Assembly: GCA_964348155.1 (NCBI GenBank)
Contig: CAYGBN010000004.1
Coordinates: forward strand, 4,195 to 60,553
DNA: 56,359 nt
Source: an uncultured Methanomassiliicoccales archaeon
GTDB lineage: Archaea; Thermoplasmatota; Thermoplasmata; RBG-16-68-12; JAJISG01
Reading direction: 5' to 3'
Notes under the pieces: model-generated
Seen by the model: the letters and a program-made list of their open reading frames with translations, nothing else
Databases searched by the model: none
What the model was told of the DNA's origin: nothing
Position numbers and translations under genes: made by a program
Shown: positions 26,217 to 34,704 of the stretch, in pieces
How positions within the stretch are numbered: position 1 is the first letter of the stretch
How the letters are laid out: the number at the start of each line of letters is the position of its first letter

Positions 26217-26221
26217 ACCCC

Positions 26222-26743
26222 TCATTCCCGGAGCTGAAGGAGATCCTGGCTCGACACCAGGGGTACAACCTCCACGCCCGCCTCGGCGAGGCGCTCCACC
26301 GCCCCCTCCTGCCGGTCCACCACGCAGACCACCCGGTTCACCTCCGCGCCCGCCTCCCGGAGGAGATCCACCGCCCGTCGCACCGTGCCCCCCGTGGTGG
26401 TCACGTCCTCCACAAGGAGGACACGCTCTCCCTTCCGGAGCTCCCCCTCCAGGGCCCGCTGCGTCCCGTGGGTCCGCCCCTCCTTTCGCACCATCACGTA
26501 GGGGAGCGAGGTCTCCAGCGCCAGGGCGACGACCAGGGGAATGGCCCCAAGCTCCATCCCGGCAACGCGGTCGCATCCCGCCGCGTGGGGGCGCATCCCC
26601 GCGACGATCTCCCGAAGGACCTCCGGCTGCGTGACGGCCCGCTTGACGTCCACGTAGTAAGTGCTCGTGCGTCCCGAGGTCAAGGTGAACTGCCCGAACT
26701 GCAGGGCGCCGCAGTCCCGCAGGGCCTCGACCAGCGTCACCAC
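26222..26743 (-). CDS. pyrE: orotate phosphoribosyltransferase
   Basis: LQFGQFTLTSGRTSTYYVD plus the PRPP motif VLLVEDVTTTGGT. GTG 26743 or 26740 overlaps the carS stop. Confidence 0.85.
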   Translation of the reverse strand: MVTLVEALRDCGALQFGQFTLTSGRTSTYYVDVKRAVTQPEVLREIVAGMRPHAAGCDRVAGMELGAIPLVVALALETSLPYVMVRKEGRTHGTQRALEGELRKGERVLLVEDVTTTGGTVRRAVDLLREAGAEVNRVVCVVDRQEGAVERLAEAGVEVVPLVSSQDLLQLRE

Positions 26744-27330
26744 GGCACCTCCTTCCGCCCCATGCGGTACCCCACGATGTTGACGGCCCGATGGAGGAGG
26801 GGGGTCAGGACCAGGATCAGGACGAGGCCCCAGAGAGCTTCCCCCCGGACGTAATTCGCCGCCACCCACCCCGGGAAGAGGACCGCCGTCAGCAGGAAGG
26901 CCCCCAGCACGAAGTCGTACTGGTCCAGGACCGGGGCCCGGCGGCCCTTCTCCATCCCCAGCCGCCGCTTCACGAAGCTCCCCAGCACGTCGCCAAGGAG
27001 CGCGCCGAAGGCCAGGGCGGCCACCGGCCCCAACCACGTCCCCAGGGCGCCCAGGGTGAGGGATTCCGCCCACAGGGCGCTGGAGGGCCACTGCAGAGCG
27101 CCCACCACCATCGCGGACAGTCCGCCGCCGAAGAACCCACGCCACGTCTTGCCGTCGCCCAGCACGCGGCGTCCGTCGGGCCACTCCCGCCCGAAGTCCA
27201 TGGGCGTCCCCCCGCCCCACACCACGGCCAGGGGGTTCGCCGCGTAGGCTGGCAGGAAGAGCCAGAACGCCAGCAGGAGGGTCGGAAGGAGCACCGGCAA
27301 GGGGGAGGAGCTCCCTCCATATATCGTCAT
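26737..27330 (-). CDS. carS: CDP-archaeol synthase (DUF46 family)
   Basis: LGDGKTWRGFFGG...LGDVLGSFVKRRLG...APVLDQ and multiple TM helices. ATG 27330 overlaps the xpd stop (ATGA). Confidence 0.8.
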   Translation of the reverse strand: MTIYGGSSSPLPVLLPTLLLAFWLFLPAYAANPLAVVWGGGTPMDFGREWPDGRRVLGDGKTWRGFFGGGLSAMVVGALQWPSSALWAESLTLGALGTWLGPVAALAFGALLGDVLGSFVKRRLGMEKGRRAPVLDQYDFVLGAFLLTAVLFPGWVAANYVRGEALWGLVLILVLTPLLHRAVNIVGYRMGRKEVPW

Positions 27331-29198
27331 CGCGACGCGGCGGCGGGGGCCCAGTGGCGCTCCACCACCGCCAAGGGGTCCTCCGCCAGATGCACCGGCC
27401 CCAGGGTCCCCTTGAAGTGGACCGCCCGCCGGTCCAGGATGATGGCCACGCCCCGATCCTCCTCCGAACGGATGAGGCGACCGATGCACTGCTGCAGGCG
27501 GCGGCTCGTGGGTGCCGCCACCGCGTACTCCCACCCCCGCTGGAACTTCCAGTCGTAGTAGTCCACCAACGCCCGGAGGGCCGCCGTGGGCTTGGGGTAG
27601 GGGATCCCCACGACCACGACCACCTCCAGCTCCCGGGAGGGAAAGTCCAGGCCCTCCGCCACCCGCCCCCCAGTCACGGCGAAGAAGGCGGACGTCCGCG
27701 CCCGGAAGGCGTCCAGCGTCCGCATGAGCTCGTCCTGGGGCATTCCCGGCCGCTCCGCGTGGACGGGGACGGGGGCCTCCTCCGCCAACGGGAGGAACGC
27801 GTCCAGGAGGGCGTAGCTGGGGAAGAGGAAGAGGGTGTTCCGTTCGCACCACCGGAGGAGGAGGCGCACCTCCTCCCGCAGCCGCTCCAACGCTTCCGGG
27901 TCCTGGGAGAGGTCCTCGTAGCGCGTGGTGACGCGGTCCACGTACACCACCCGACGGTTCTCCGGGGGAAAGGGGCTGGGGAAGGCGCGGAGGACGGTGG
28001 CCTCCGGCAGGCCCAGGGTGTCCCGGTACTCCCGCAGGGGCTGCAGGGTCCCGGACATGTGGAGGGTGGCGTGGCACTCCAGGAGGGGACGGGCGGCCGC
28101 GGCGGCGTCCAGGCAATAGGCCCGTACGGCGGCGTTCTCCCCTCCCACCACGAGCTTGGCGTACTCCGCCTCCTCCATGGCGGTCCATCGCAGCAGGCTA
28201 GAGGCCACGGAGAGGAGGTAGGAGCGCGGGAGGCGTCCCTGTCGTCGCCGGGTCTCGCGCACCACCTCCCCCAGGGAGGCCAGGCCCGCGAGCATCCCTC
28301 GCAGCCGGGTGGATGTGACGGCGAAGGCGTGCATCACCGCGGCCTCCAGGGCGGAGGGGGGCAGGAAGCCGTCCTCGTCATGGACGTGCTCCCGGGCGAG
28401 CTCCCGGACGGCCTCCTGGAGCGCCGCCACCAGGTCGAAGGCCGAGATCCCCTCCGCCACCTCCGGGTCCCCGTAGTCCATGACCTCCGTCTCCGCCCGC
28501 TCCAGGGTTTGGAGGGAGACCTGGAAGGACGCCACCTCCCGGCAGTACGCGGGGAGGTTGTGCGCCTCGTCCAGGATGACCACCAGGTCCTCTAGGGGGC
28601 GCTGCAGCGTCTCCAGCAGGGCGCGGCGCAAAGGGGCGCTGAAGAAGTAGACGTAGGGCGCCGTCACCACGCGGGCCCGGGGGGCCAGGAGCTTGTTCAG
28701 CTCGTAGGGGCACACGCCCAGGTCGTGGCAGTGCGCCACGGAGTCCTCCGCCGTAGGGAGGTGCTCCTGGAACCAGGCCGCCGTCGTCTCCAGGTCCGCC
28801 TCCAGCAGGCCCCCATAGTATCGGCAGCCGGGCTCCCCCTGGGCCACCTCCTCCCGACGGTCCCGGCAAAACTGGGAGAGCTCCTCGGGGGTCCCCGCCG
28901 CGAGCTCCGGATCCTCCCGGGCCAGGAGGCACATCCGCTGCCGCCCCTGGAGGGCCAGGCCGTAGGGGCCCAGCCGCCGCAGCTCCGCCATGACCTGGCG
29001 CTGCTGGGAGTTCGTCCGCACCAGGTGCAGGACGAGCCGGTCCTCCCGCAACGCCCGCCGCAGGGCCGCGTACAGGGCGCAGACGGTCTTTCCGGACCCC
29101 GTGCCCGACTGGAGGACGAGGTGGCCGCCGGCCAGCGCCTCGTCCATGGTGGCGAGGATCTCCTCCTGGTGGCGGCGTGGGGCGTAGGGGAAGCGCAC
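27327..29198 (-). CDS. xpd: XPD/Rad3-family Fe-S DNA helicase
   Basis: Walker A SGTGSGKT and DEAH box ILDEAHNL. Four Cys sit in the Fe-S insertion (RMCLL, QFCRD, PGCRYY, GVCPYE). C-terminal helicase motifs include GRLIRSEEDRG. Confidence 0.85.
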   Translation of the reverse strand: MRFPYAPRRHQEEILATMDEALAGGHLVLQSGTGSGKTVCALYAALRRALREDRLVLHLVRTNSQQRQVMAELRRLGPYGLALQGRQRMCLLAREDPELAAGTPEELSQFCRDRREEVAQGEPGCRYYGGLLEADLETTAAWFQEHLPTAEDSVAHCHDLGVCPYELNKLLAPRARVVTAPYVYFFSAPLRRALLETLQRPLEDLVVILDEAHNLPAYCREVASFQVSLQTLERAETEVMDYGDPEVAEGISAFDLVAALQEAVRELAREHVHDEDGFLPPSALEAAVMHAFAVTSTRLRGMLAGLASLGEVVRETRRRQGRLPRSYLLSVASSLLRWTAMEEAEYAKLVVGGENAAVRAYCLDAAAAARPLLECHATLHMSGTLQPLREYRDTLGLPEATVLRAFPSPFPPENRRVVYVDRVTTRYEDLSQDPEALERLREEVRLLLRWCERNTLFLFPSYALLDAFLPLAEEAPVPVHAERPGMPQDELMRTLDAFRARTSAFFAVTGGRVAEGLDFPSRELEVVVVVGIPYPKPTAALRALVDYYDWKFQRGWEYAVAAPTSRRLQQCIGRLIRSEEDRGVAIILDRRAVHFKGTLGPVHLAEDPLAVVERHWAPAAASR

Positions 29199-29220
29199 GA
29201 AACCTCCTCACACGGAGGGG

Positions 29221-29252
29221 GCTAAAGGCGTGCAGGGGGGGTGGCCGAAAGT
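29221..29252 (-). promoter_or_regulatory. xpd operon promoter: ACTTTCGGCCACC box (29252-29240) + 13 nt + TTTAGC (29226-29221)
   Basis: Minus-strand read: ACTTTCGGCCACC-CCCCCTGCACGCC-TTTAGC, then 22 nt to GTG 29198. Confidence 0.55.
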
Positions 29253-29294
29253 GCCCCCTGCAAGCCTTATGCGGAGACGCCCGTTGGGAGGTCC

Positions 29295-29711
29295 GTGTTC
29301 GAGGACCGGACTCTGGACAAGTGGGTGGCCTTGGAGATGCGGGGGCTCAGCGCCGGCCTCGTCGCCCGACGAAAGAGCCTGGCGACCCTCCTCCAGGAGG
29401 AGAGGCCGCACTGCCTCACCCGGGAGGGGGAGGAGCACCCCTTCGACGGGGACGTGCTCCGCCGCTTCGCGGCCGTGACCCGCCAGGAGGAGAGGGAGCG
29501 GCTCCGCCTTCCCATCACCCTCACCTTCTCCGCCGAGATGGGCGACCAGTGCCGCCTGGACGACGCCGTGGCGGGGGAGGTGCTCCGCCGCCTGGAGCAG
29601 TTCGGAAAGGCGTACCCCGTCCGGGACGGACGGGTGTGGCTCCCCTCCTCCCTGGGGCTGTCGCTCCTGATGAAGTATCCCACGGCCTTCCAGAGGATGC
29701 TCGTCCCCTGA
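29295..29711 (+). CDS. UPF0216 (DUF61) family archaeal protein
   Basis: LEMRGLSAGLVARRKSLATLLQEERPHCLTREGEEHPFDGDVLRRF...RLRLPITL fits the UPF0216 pattern from memory. GTG 29295 lies about 25 nt after the TATA-like CCTTATG. The track start 29241 would overlap the xpd box. Confidence 0.55.
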   Translation: MFEDRTLDKWVALEMRGLSAGLVARRKSLATLLQEERPHCLTREGEEHPFDGDVLRRFAAVTRQEERERLRLPITLTFSAEMGDQCRLDDAVAGEVLRRLEQFGKAYPVRDGRVWLPSSLGLSLLMKYPTAFQRMLVP

Positions 29712-30131
29712 CTATTCTTCCTCCGGCTCCTGGCGAACCTCCCACAGCTCCTCCGGCATCTCCTCGTACACCGATGGCGCGTTCACGGGCTCATCCCGCA
29801 GGGGGAGGGCCCCCTGGGCCAGCTCGTAGATGCGCTCCTTCCGGAAGAGCCAGTAGTGAATCCGCCACTCCCGGCCGTCGTAGAGGGTCGTCTCCTCCCG
29901 CTCCGTCGTCAGGATGCCTGAGTCCTCCAACATGTAGAAAGCGTCCCGGTCATCCGGCTCCAACACGTTGTCAATGATCCTCTCGCTGTAGCCAAAAAAG
30001 TTGAGGATGTGTTGGGCCATGGCGCTTGCTTCCTCCTCCTTCATCCCTCGGCTGTCGATGCTGTTACGGATGGCTCGAGTCAAGTCGTCGACGGTGAGGG
30101 TCGCCTCCATCCCCCGGTCGCGCGTATCCAT
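29712..30131 (-). CDS. conserved-looking hypothetical protein (139 aa), lower GC
   Basis: MDTRDRGMEATLTVDDLTRAIRNSIDSRGMKEEEASAMAQHILNFFGYSERIIDNVLEPDDRDAFYMLEDSGILTTEREE... No family recognised. ATG 30131 is preferred to TTG 30137. Confidence 0.5.
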   Translation of the reverse strand: MDTRDRGMEATLTVDDLTRAIRNSIDSRGMKEEEASAMAQHILNFFGYSERIIDNVLEPDDRDAFYMLEDSGILTTEREETTLYDGREWRIHYWLFRKERIYELAQGALPLRDEPVNAPSVYEEMPEELWEVRQEPEEE

Positions 30132-30195
30132 GGCCAAGGACCTACCCCGTCCCTCGAGCCTTATAATGGCGTGGTTTCCCTATATGTACCTTCCG

Positions 30196-30210
30196 TGTCA
30201 CTCTGTGACA
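30196..30210. promoter_or_regulatory. perfect palindrome TGTCAC-TCT-GTGACA in an A/T-rich divergent intergenic region
   Basis: The palindrome sits directly after two TATA-like elements (CCTTATAATGG at about 30167 and CCCTATATG at about 30178), and further downstream lies an A-rich tract (AAGAAAAAGATAAAT, about 30232). It sits between the 139-aa gene and the KaiC-like gene. Confidence 0.4.
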
Positions 30211-30306
30211 GGGGTCATTATCAACCCCGTTAAGAAAAAGATAAATCGCCGGGCATCGTTTGAACGGCCCACGGGAGGACAGGAGGGGAGTCGGGTCGAC
30301 GCAGGG

Positions 30307-31095
30307 ATGAGGAGCGAGGAGGACGAGGACAGGCTTCTGGCGGAGATGCGACGCCTGCGGGAGCGGGTGGGGCACCTGGAGGACCGCCTGGCGGCGGTGG
30401 CGGGGGAGGAGGCCGCCCGACCGGAGGAGCGGGTGCGCACCTTCGTCCCTGGCCTCGACGAGGCCCTGGGCGGGGGGATCCCGCGGGGCCATGTGGTCCT
30501 GCTCCACGGCCCCGCGGGCACCCTGAAGACCTCCCTGGCCCTCCACACGGCCTCCCGGAACCGGGCCGAGGGGCTCCGGCCCCTCTTCGTCTCCCTGGAG
30601 GAGACCCGGGAGAGCCTGCAGCGCACCATGCGGGCACTGGGCATCCCGGAGGACGACTTCATCGTGGACATTGCCACCATGCGACTGGAGCACGGCGTGG
30701 TGGAGGAGGCGGGGGACTGGTTCCAGATCCTCAAGAGCTACCTCCGGAACAAGACGGAGGAGGGGCTCGACCTGCTGGTCATCGACCCCGTGAACTCCCT
30801 CTACCCCATGGCCTCCCTCACCTCCCCCCGCCGGGAGCTCTTCCACTTCTTCCGGTTCCTCCGGGAGGCGGGGTTGACCAGCCTCCTGGTTTACGAGGGG
30901 ACGGAGTTCCCCTACGGAGAGGAGTACCTGGCGGACGGCATCCTGGAGGTTGCGCCCCGGGAGCGCGAGGACGGGCAGGTGTCCCTCTGGCTCCGGTGCG
31001 TGAAGATGCGGCAGGCCGCCCACTCCCGCGACTACCGCCACCTGACCTTCGAGGGGGGCCGGCTCCGGGCGACCCGCGTGGACGCCCCGGAGTAG
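30307..31095 (+). CDS. KaiC/RadA-like RecA-superfamily ATPase with N-terminal coiled coil and deviant Walker A
   Basis: FVPGLDEALGGGIPRGHVVLLHGPAGTLKTSLAL: the Walker A reads GPAGTLKT rather than GxxGxGKT. Also FVSLEETRE and Walker B LLVIDPVNSL. Confidence 0.7.
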   Translation: MRSEEDEDRLLAEMRRLRERVGHLEDRLAAVAGEEAARPEERVRTFVPGLDEALGGGIPRGHVVLLHGPAGTLKTSLALHTASRNRAEGLRPLFVSLEETRESLQRTMRALGIPEDDFIVDIATMRLEHGVVEEAGDWFQILKSYLRNKTEEGLDLLVIDPVNSLYPMASLTSPRRELFHFFRFLREAGLTSLLVYEGTEFPYGEEYLADGILEVAPREREDGQVSLWLRCVKMRQAAHSRDYRHLTFEGGRLRATRVDAPE

Positions 31096-31100
31096 CGGGT

Positions 31101-31469
31101 TCAGAAGGCCTGGCGCACCTTTTTCCGGTCCACCTTCACGCCGGCCGGCGTGGCCACCAGGTAGTTGCGCCCCAGGGCCGCCACGTCGCCTCCCGTGTCC
31201 CGGGCCACCGCCTTCAGCTCGCCCGTGATCCGCTTCAGGGCGAGCTCGTCGTTGGCGATGGGGCCGTAGTCCACGATGACCACGTTCCCCTCATAGAGGA
31301 GGCTGTTGAGGAACCCCAGGTCCTCCTCCTTCAGGACCTCGGCCACCTTGACCATGCTCTGGGGCGCCTGGACCTCCTCCTCCAGGGGCATCTCGCTCAG
31401 ATCCACGTACTCCCCCTGGGTGGAGGGTCCGTGCTCCATCAGCTTTCGAAGGGGCTTGAAGATTCCCAT
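31101..31469 (-). CDS. sepF: cell division protein SepF (archaeal FtsZ membrane anchor)
   Basis: N-terminal amphipathic MGIFKPLRKLM. Then EYVDLSE...VKVAEVLKEEDLGFLNSLLYEGNVVIVDY...GGDVAALGRNYLVATPAGVKVDRKK. Confidence 0.85.
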   Translation of the reverse strand: MGIFKPLRKLMEHGPSTQGEYVDLSEMPLEEEVQAPQSMVKVAEVLKEEDLGFLNSLLYEGNVVIVDYGPIANDELALKRITGELKAVARDTGGDVAALGRNYLVATPAGVKVDRKKVRQAF

Positions 31470-31645
31470 CCCATCCCTTCCAGGAAGCGGGGGATGCGGT
31501 TCTGGGAATTTAATAATATCGGCCCCTCCTTCCGCTTGTGGGGATGGCTCATCGCGCCTGCCGTGCCGTGGAGGGGCGAGGGGAGGCCTGACCCCTGCCC
31601 CTAGGTCCGCCCCGGGGGCTGCTGCGCCTCCTCTATCGGGCTCCC

Positions 31646-32083
31646 GTGCGCCTCCTCCGGACCCCCCTCCGACGGCTCTTCGGCGAGCACCTCCTCCTTC
31701 TCGGCCACGTGGGGCGGCGCACGGGGCGCCGGCACGAGACGGTCCTGGAGGCCCTCCGCCATGACGACGCCTCCGACGCCTACTACGTGGTCTCCGCCTG
31801 GGGGGAGCGGGCCGACTGGCTCCGCAACGTCCGAAGGACGCCGCGGGTGACCGTCCTCGTGGGGGCCCGGCGGCTGGAGGCCGTGGCGCGCCCCCTCCCG
31901 CCCGCGGAAGGGGAGGGGGAGCTGCGAGGCTTTGCGCGGCGCCACCCCCTCCCCACCCGGCTTCTCCTGCGACTCATCGGCCGCCGCCTCCCCACGTCGG
32001 AGGCGGGGTGGCAGTCCCTGGTGGAGGACCTGGTGGTGGTGGCACTGGAGCCGCGGCGCACCGCCGGAGGGAGGGATTTATAG
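31646..32083 (+). CDS. nitroreductase-family deazaflavin-dependent oxidoreductase-like protein (DUF385)
   Basis: LLLLGHVGRRTGRRHETVLE...YYVVSAWGERADWLRNVRRTPRVTVLVG. Confidence 0.6.
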   Translation: MRLLRTPLRRLFGEHLLLLGHVGRRTGRRHETVLEALRHDDASDAYYVVSAWGERADWLRNVRRTPRVTVLVGARRLEAVARPLPPAEGEGELRGFARRHPLPTRLLLRLIGRRLPTSEAGWQSLVEDLVVVALEPRRTAGGRDL

Positions 32084-32106
32084 GGCCCGGAGGATGCCGC
32101 CTCAGG

Positions 32107-33042
32107 ATGAGCTACGACGTCATCGTCGTGGGCGGCGGCCCCGTGGGGCTCACGGCGGCGATCTTCTCCACCCAGCGTCGTCTGTCGACCCTCGTCCTGG
32201 AGGCCCGGGAGCTGGGAGGGCAGCTCACGAGCCTCTACCCCAGCAAGACGGTCTACGACTACCCGGGCTTCATGGCCGTCGAGGCGGCGGAGCTGGGCCA
32301 GTCCCTCATCGACCAGGCGAAGGAGGCGGGTTGCGAGTTGCGGGAGGGGGAGGCGGTCCAGGCGCTCCGCCGGGAGGGGAAGGAGTACACCGTGACCACC
32401 ACCAAAGGGGAGTACCGAACGAGGGCCGTCATCCTGGCCCTGGGCATGGGACCCTTCACGCCCCGGCGCCTCAACGTGCCCGGGGAGCTCGAGCGGGAGG
32501 GGGTGCACTACCGGGTCACGGACCACCGGGCCTTCCGTGGGCGCCGGGTGCTGGTCGTGGGGGGCGGGGACAGCGCCCTGGAGAGCGCGTTGGCCCTGGT
32601 GGCGGTGGCCGACGTCGTCATCCTGGCACACCGGCGACAGGAGTTTCGCGCCATGGAGAAGAACGTGGAGGCCCTGGGCCAGTCTCCGGTGGAGGTCCTG
32701 CGAAACACGGAGGTCCTGCGCATCCTGGGGGCCGAGCGAGTGGAGGGGTGTCTCCTCTTCGACAACACCACAGGGGAGCAGTTCACCCGAGACGCCGACG
32801 ACGTCGTCATCCAAATCGGCCTCTCCCCGCCGCTCCGGCAGCTCCGGGCGTGGGGGGTGGAGCTGGCGGGTCCCGCCGTCCGGGTCGAGGAGGACATGCG
32901 CACCTCCCTGGAGGGGGTCTTCGCCTGCGGGGACATCGTGACGTACGCGGGGAAGGACCAGCGCCTCTCCACCGGCCTGGGGGAGGCCGCCATCACGGCG
33001 ATGAGCGCCTACAAGTACCTGCGGCAGCCCTACTGGGCCTAG
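32107..33042 (+). CDS. FAD/NAD(P)-dependent oxidoreductase, thioredoxin reductase / ferredoxin-NADP reductase type 2 like
   Basis: YDVIVVGGGPVGLTAAIF, second Rossmann motif VLVVGGGDSALE, and GVFACGDI. No CxxC was seen, so it is FNR-like rather than a canonical TrxB. Confidence 0.75.
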   Translation: MSYDVIVVGGGPVGLTAAIFSTQRRLSTLVLEARELGGQLTSLYPSKTVYDYPGFMAVEAAELGQSLIDQAKEAGCELREGEAVQALRREGKEYTVTTTKGEYRTRAVILALGMGPFTPRRLNVPGELEREGVHYRVTDHRAFRGRRVLVVGGGDSALESALALVAVADVVILAHRRQEFRAMEKNVEALGQSPVEVLRNTEVLRILGAERVEGCLLFDNTTGEQFTRDADDVVIQIGLSPPLRQLRAWGVELAGPAVRVEEDMRTSLEGVFACGDIVTYAGKDQRLSTGLGEAAITAMSAYKYLRQPYWA

Positions 33043-33533
33043 TCGCTCCCCATCTCCCAGATCCAGTCGCCGACGTGATGAAGGGTTCGCACCGCCTTCC
33101 CCTCCGCGCCGGCCGCCATTGCGACGCCTGAGGCCAGGGCCTCCCCGACGGCCAGGGGCTGGCGGTTCGCCTCGTCCCGGACCCACACCAGCTGCCCGGG
33201 CTCGATGGCGGGGTCCGCCTCCACGATGCCTGGGGCCATGACGTCCGCCCCGTTGTAGATGTGGGGGACAGCGCCCATGTCCACCGTCACGTACCGCCGG
33301 GAGGCCGGAGCCCGAAGGAGGCCGCGAACCGTGGGGACCGGAGCATCGCTCACCACGAGGGCCAGGGCTTCGCTCCCCCGGAGCAGCACGTCGAAGAGGA
33401 GGGCCTCCGCCCGATCCACGGGGTCCCCCTCCGCAAAGGGGGTCGCGCCTGTGGCCGCCTGCAAGGCATCCGCCAGGGCGCGGATCTCCTTGCGTCGCAG
33501 CCTTCTCCGGCGGCGAATCTCTCTTCGCACCAC
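33039..33533 (-). CDS. PUA-domain RNA-binding protein
   Basis: RRLRRKEIRAL...VTVDMGAVPHIYNGADVMAPGIVEADPAIEPGQLVWVRDEANRQPLAVGEAL. GTG 33533 lies 23 nt downstream of the TATA element CCTATATG (minus strand). Confidence 0.7.
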   Translation of the reverse strand: MVRREIRRRRRLRRKEIRALADALQAATGATPFAEGDPVDRAEALLFDVLLRGSEALALVVSDAPVPTVRGLLRAPASRRYVTVDMGAVPHIYNGADVMAPGIVEADPAIEPGQLVWVRDEANRQPLAVGEALASGVAMAAGAEGKAVRTLHHVGDWIWEMGSD

Positions 33534-33622
33534 GTCCCCCGGAGGGAGGCCTCCGCATATAGGCTTCCGGACACGCGGACCGGCCACCCTTTTAATAACC
33601 GCTTCCCGATACGAAGGGGGTC

Positions 33623-34699
33623 ATGCCTGCCGACGAGGGCGGCGCCTTCCTGAAGTGGAAGGCCATGGAACTTCCCCGGAACGTGGTGGTGGGTCACGAC
33701 GCCCTGGGGGAGGTGGGGAACGTCTGTGCCAGTCTGAAGCTGGGCCAGCGAGGTCTGGTCGTGGAGGACGGCATCACCCGGAAGATCGCCGGGGAACGGG
33801 CCGCCGAGGTCCTGGGTGAGGCGGGCGTCGAGGCGGAACACCACGTCATCCAAGAGGCGAGCCTGGAGGAGGTGGAGCGTGTCGGAGAAGCCGTGAAGGA
33901 CCACGCCCTTGACTTCGTCCTGGGGGTGGGCGGGGGTCGGCCCATCGACGTCGCCAAGTACGCCTCGTTCCGGGCGCGGATCCCCTTCGTCAGCGTGCCC
34001 ACGGCGGCCTCCCACGACGGCCTCGTCTCCTCCCAGGCCTCCCTCTTGGGGCCGGAGGGAAAGGCGTCCTTCGCCGCCCGGGCCCCCATTGCCGTGGTCA
34101 TGGACACCGAGGTCATCGCCCACTCCCCCCACCGCCTCCTGGCGGCCGGCTGCGGAGACATCATCGCGAACTCGACGGCCGTTCTCGACTGGGAGCTGGC
34201 CCACCGGCTGCGGAACGAGGACTACAGCAGCTACGCCGCCTCCCTGTCGGAGATGACGGCTGAGATGATGATTCAGAACGCCCACGACATGAAGCCGGGG
34301 TTGGAGGAGACCGCCTGGTTCGTGTGCAAGGCCCTGGTCTCCAGCGGCGTGGCCATGAGCATCGCCGGTTCTTCTCGGCCCGCCAGCGGGTCCGAGCACC
34401 TGTTCTCCCACGCCTTGGATCGCATCGCCAAGGAGCCTGGCCTTCACGGAGAGCAGTGCGCCGTGGGCGCCATCATGATGATGTACCTGCATGGCGGGGA
34501 CTGGGAGGAGATCCGCCAGGCCCTCCGGGAGGTCGGGGCCCCCACCACGGCGGCGGGCATGGGGGTCTCCCGGGAGGAGGTCATCGAATCCCTGGTGCAC
34601 GCCCACGAGCTCAAGCCCGACCGGTACACCATCCTGGGAGATCGGGGCCTGACGGTGGAAGCCGCCGAGCGACTGGCCGCCACCACCCAGGTGGTTTGA
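33623..34699 (+). CDS. egsA: sn-glycerol-1-phosphate dehydrogenase
   Basis: LGVGGGRPIDVAKY, VPTAASHDG, GSEHLFSHALD. The TATA element TTTTAATAA at 33590-33598 lies 25 nt upstream of ATG 33623. Confidence 0.85.
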   Translation: MPADEGGAFLKWKAMELPRNVVVGHDALGEVGNVCASLKLGQRGLVVEDGITRKIAGERAAEVLGEAGVEAEHHVIQEASLEEVERVGEAVKDHALDFVLGVGGGRPIDVAKYASFRARIPFVSVPTAASHDGLVSSQASLLGPEGKASFAARAPIAVVMDTEVIAHSPHRLLAAGCGDIIANSTAVLDWELAHRLRNEDYSSYAASLSEMTAEMMIQNAHDMKPGLEETAWFVCKALVSSGVAMSIAGSSRPASGSEHLFSHALDRIAKEPGLHGEQCAVGAIMMMYLHGGDWEEIRQALREVGAPTTAAGMGVSREEVIESLVHAHELKPDRYTILGDRGLTVEAAERLAATTQVV

Positions 34700-34704
34700 G
34701 AGCC

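Noticed and set aside
31470-31500. A nested palindrome (CATCCC..CTTCC-A-GGAAG..GGGATG) just upstream of the sepF start.
   Set aside because: It is imperfect and short, overlaps the probable 5' end of the transcript, and has no second occurrence in the window.
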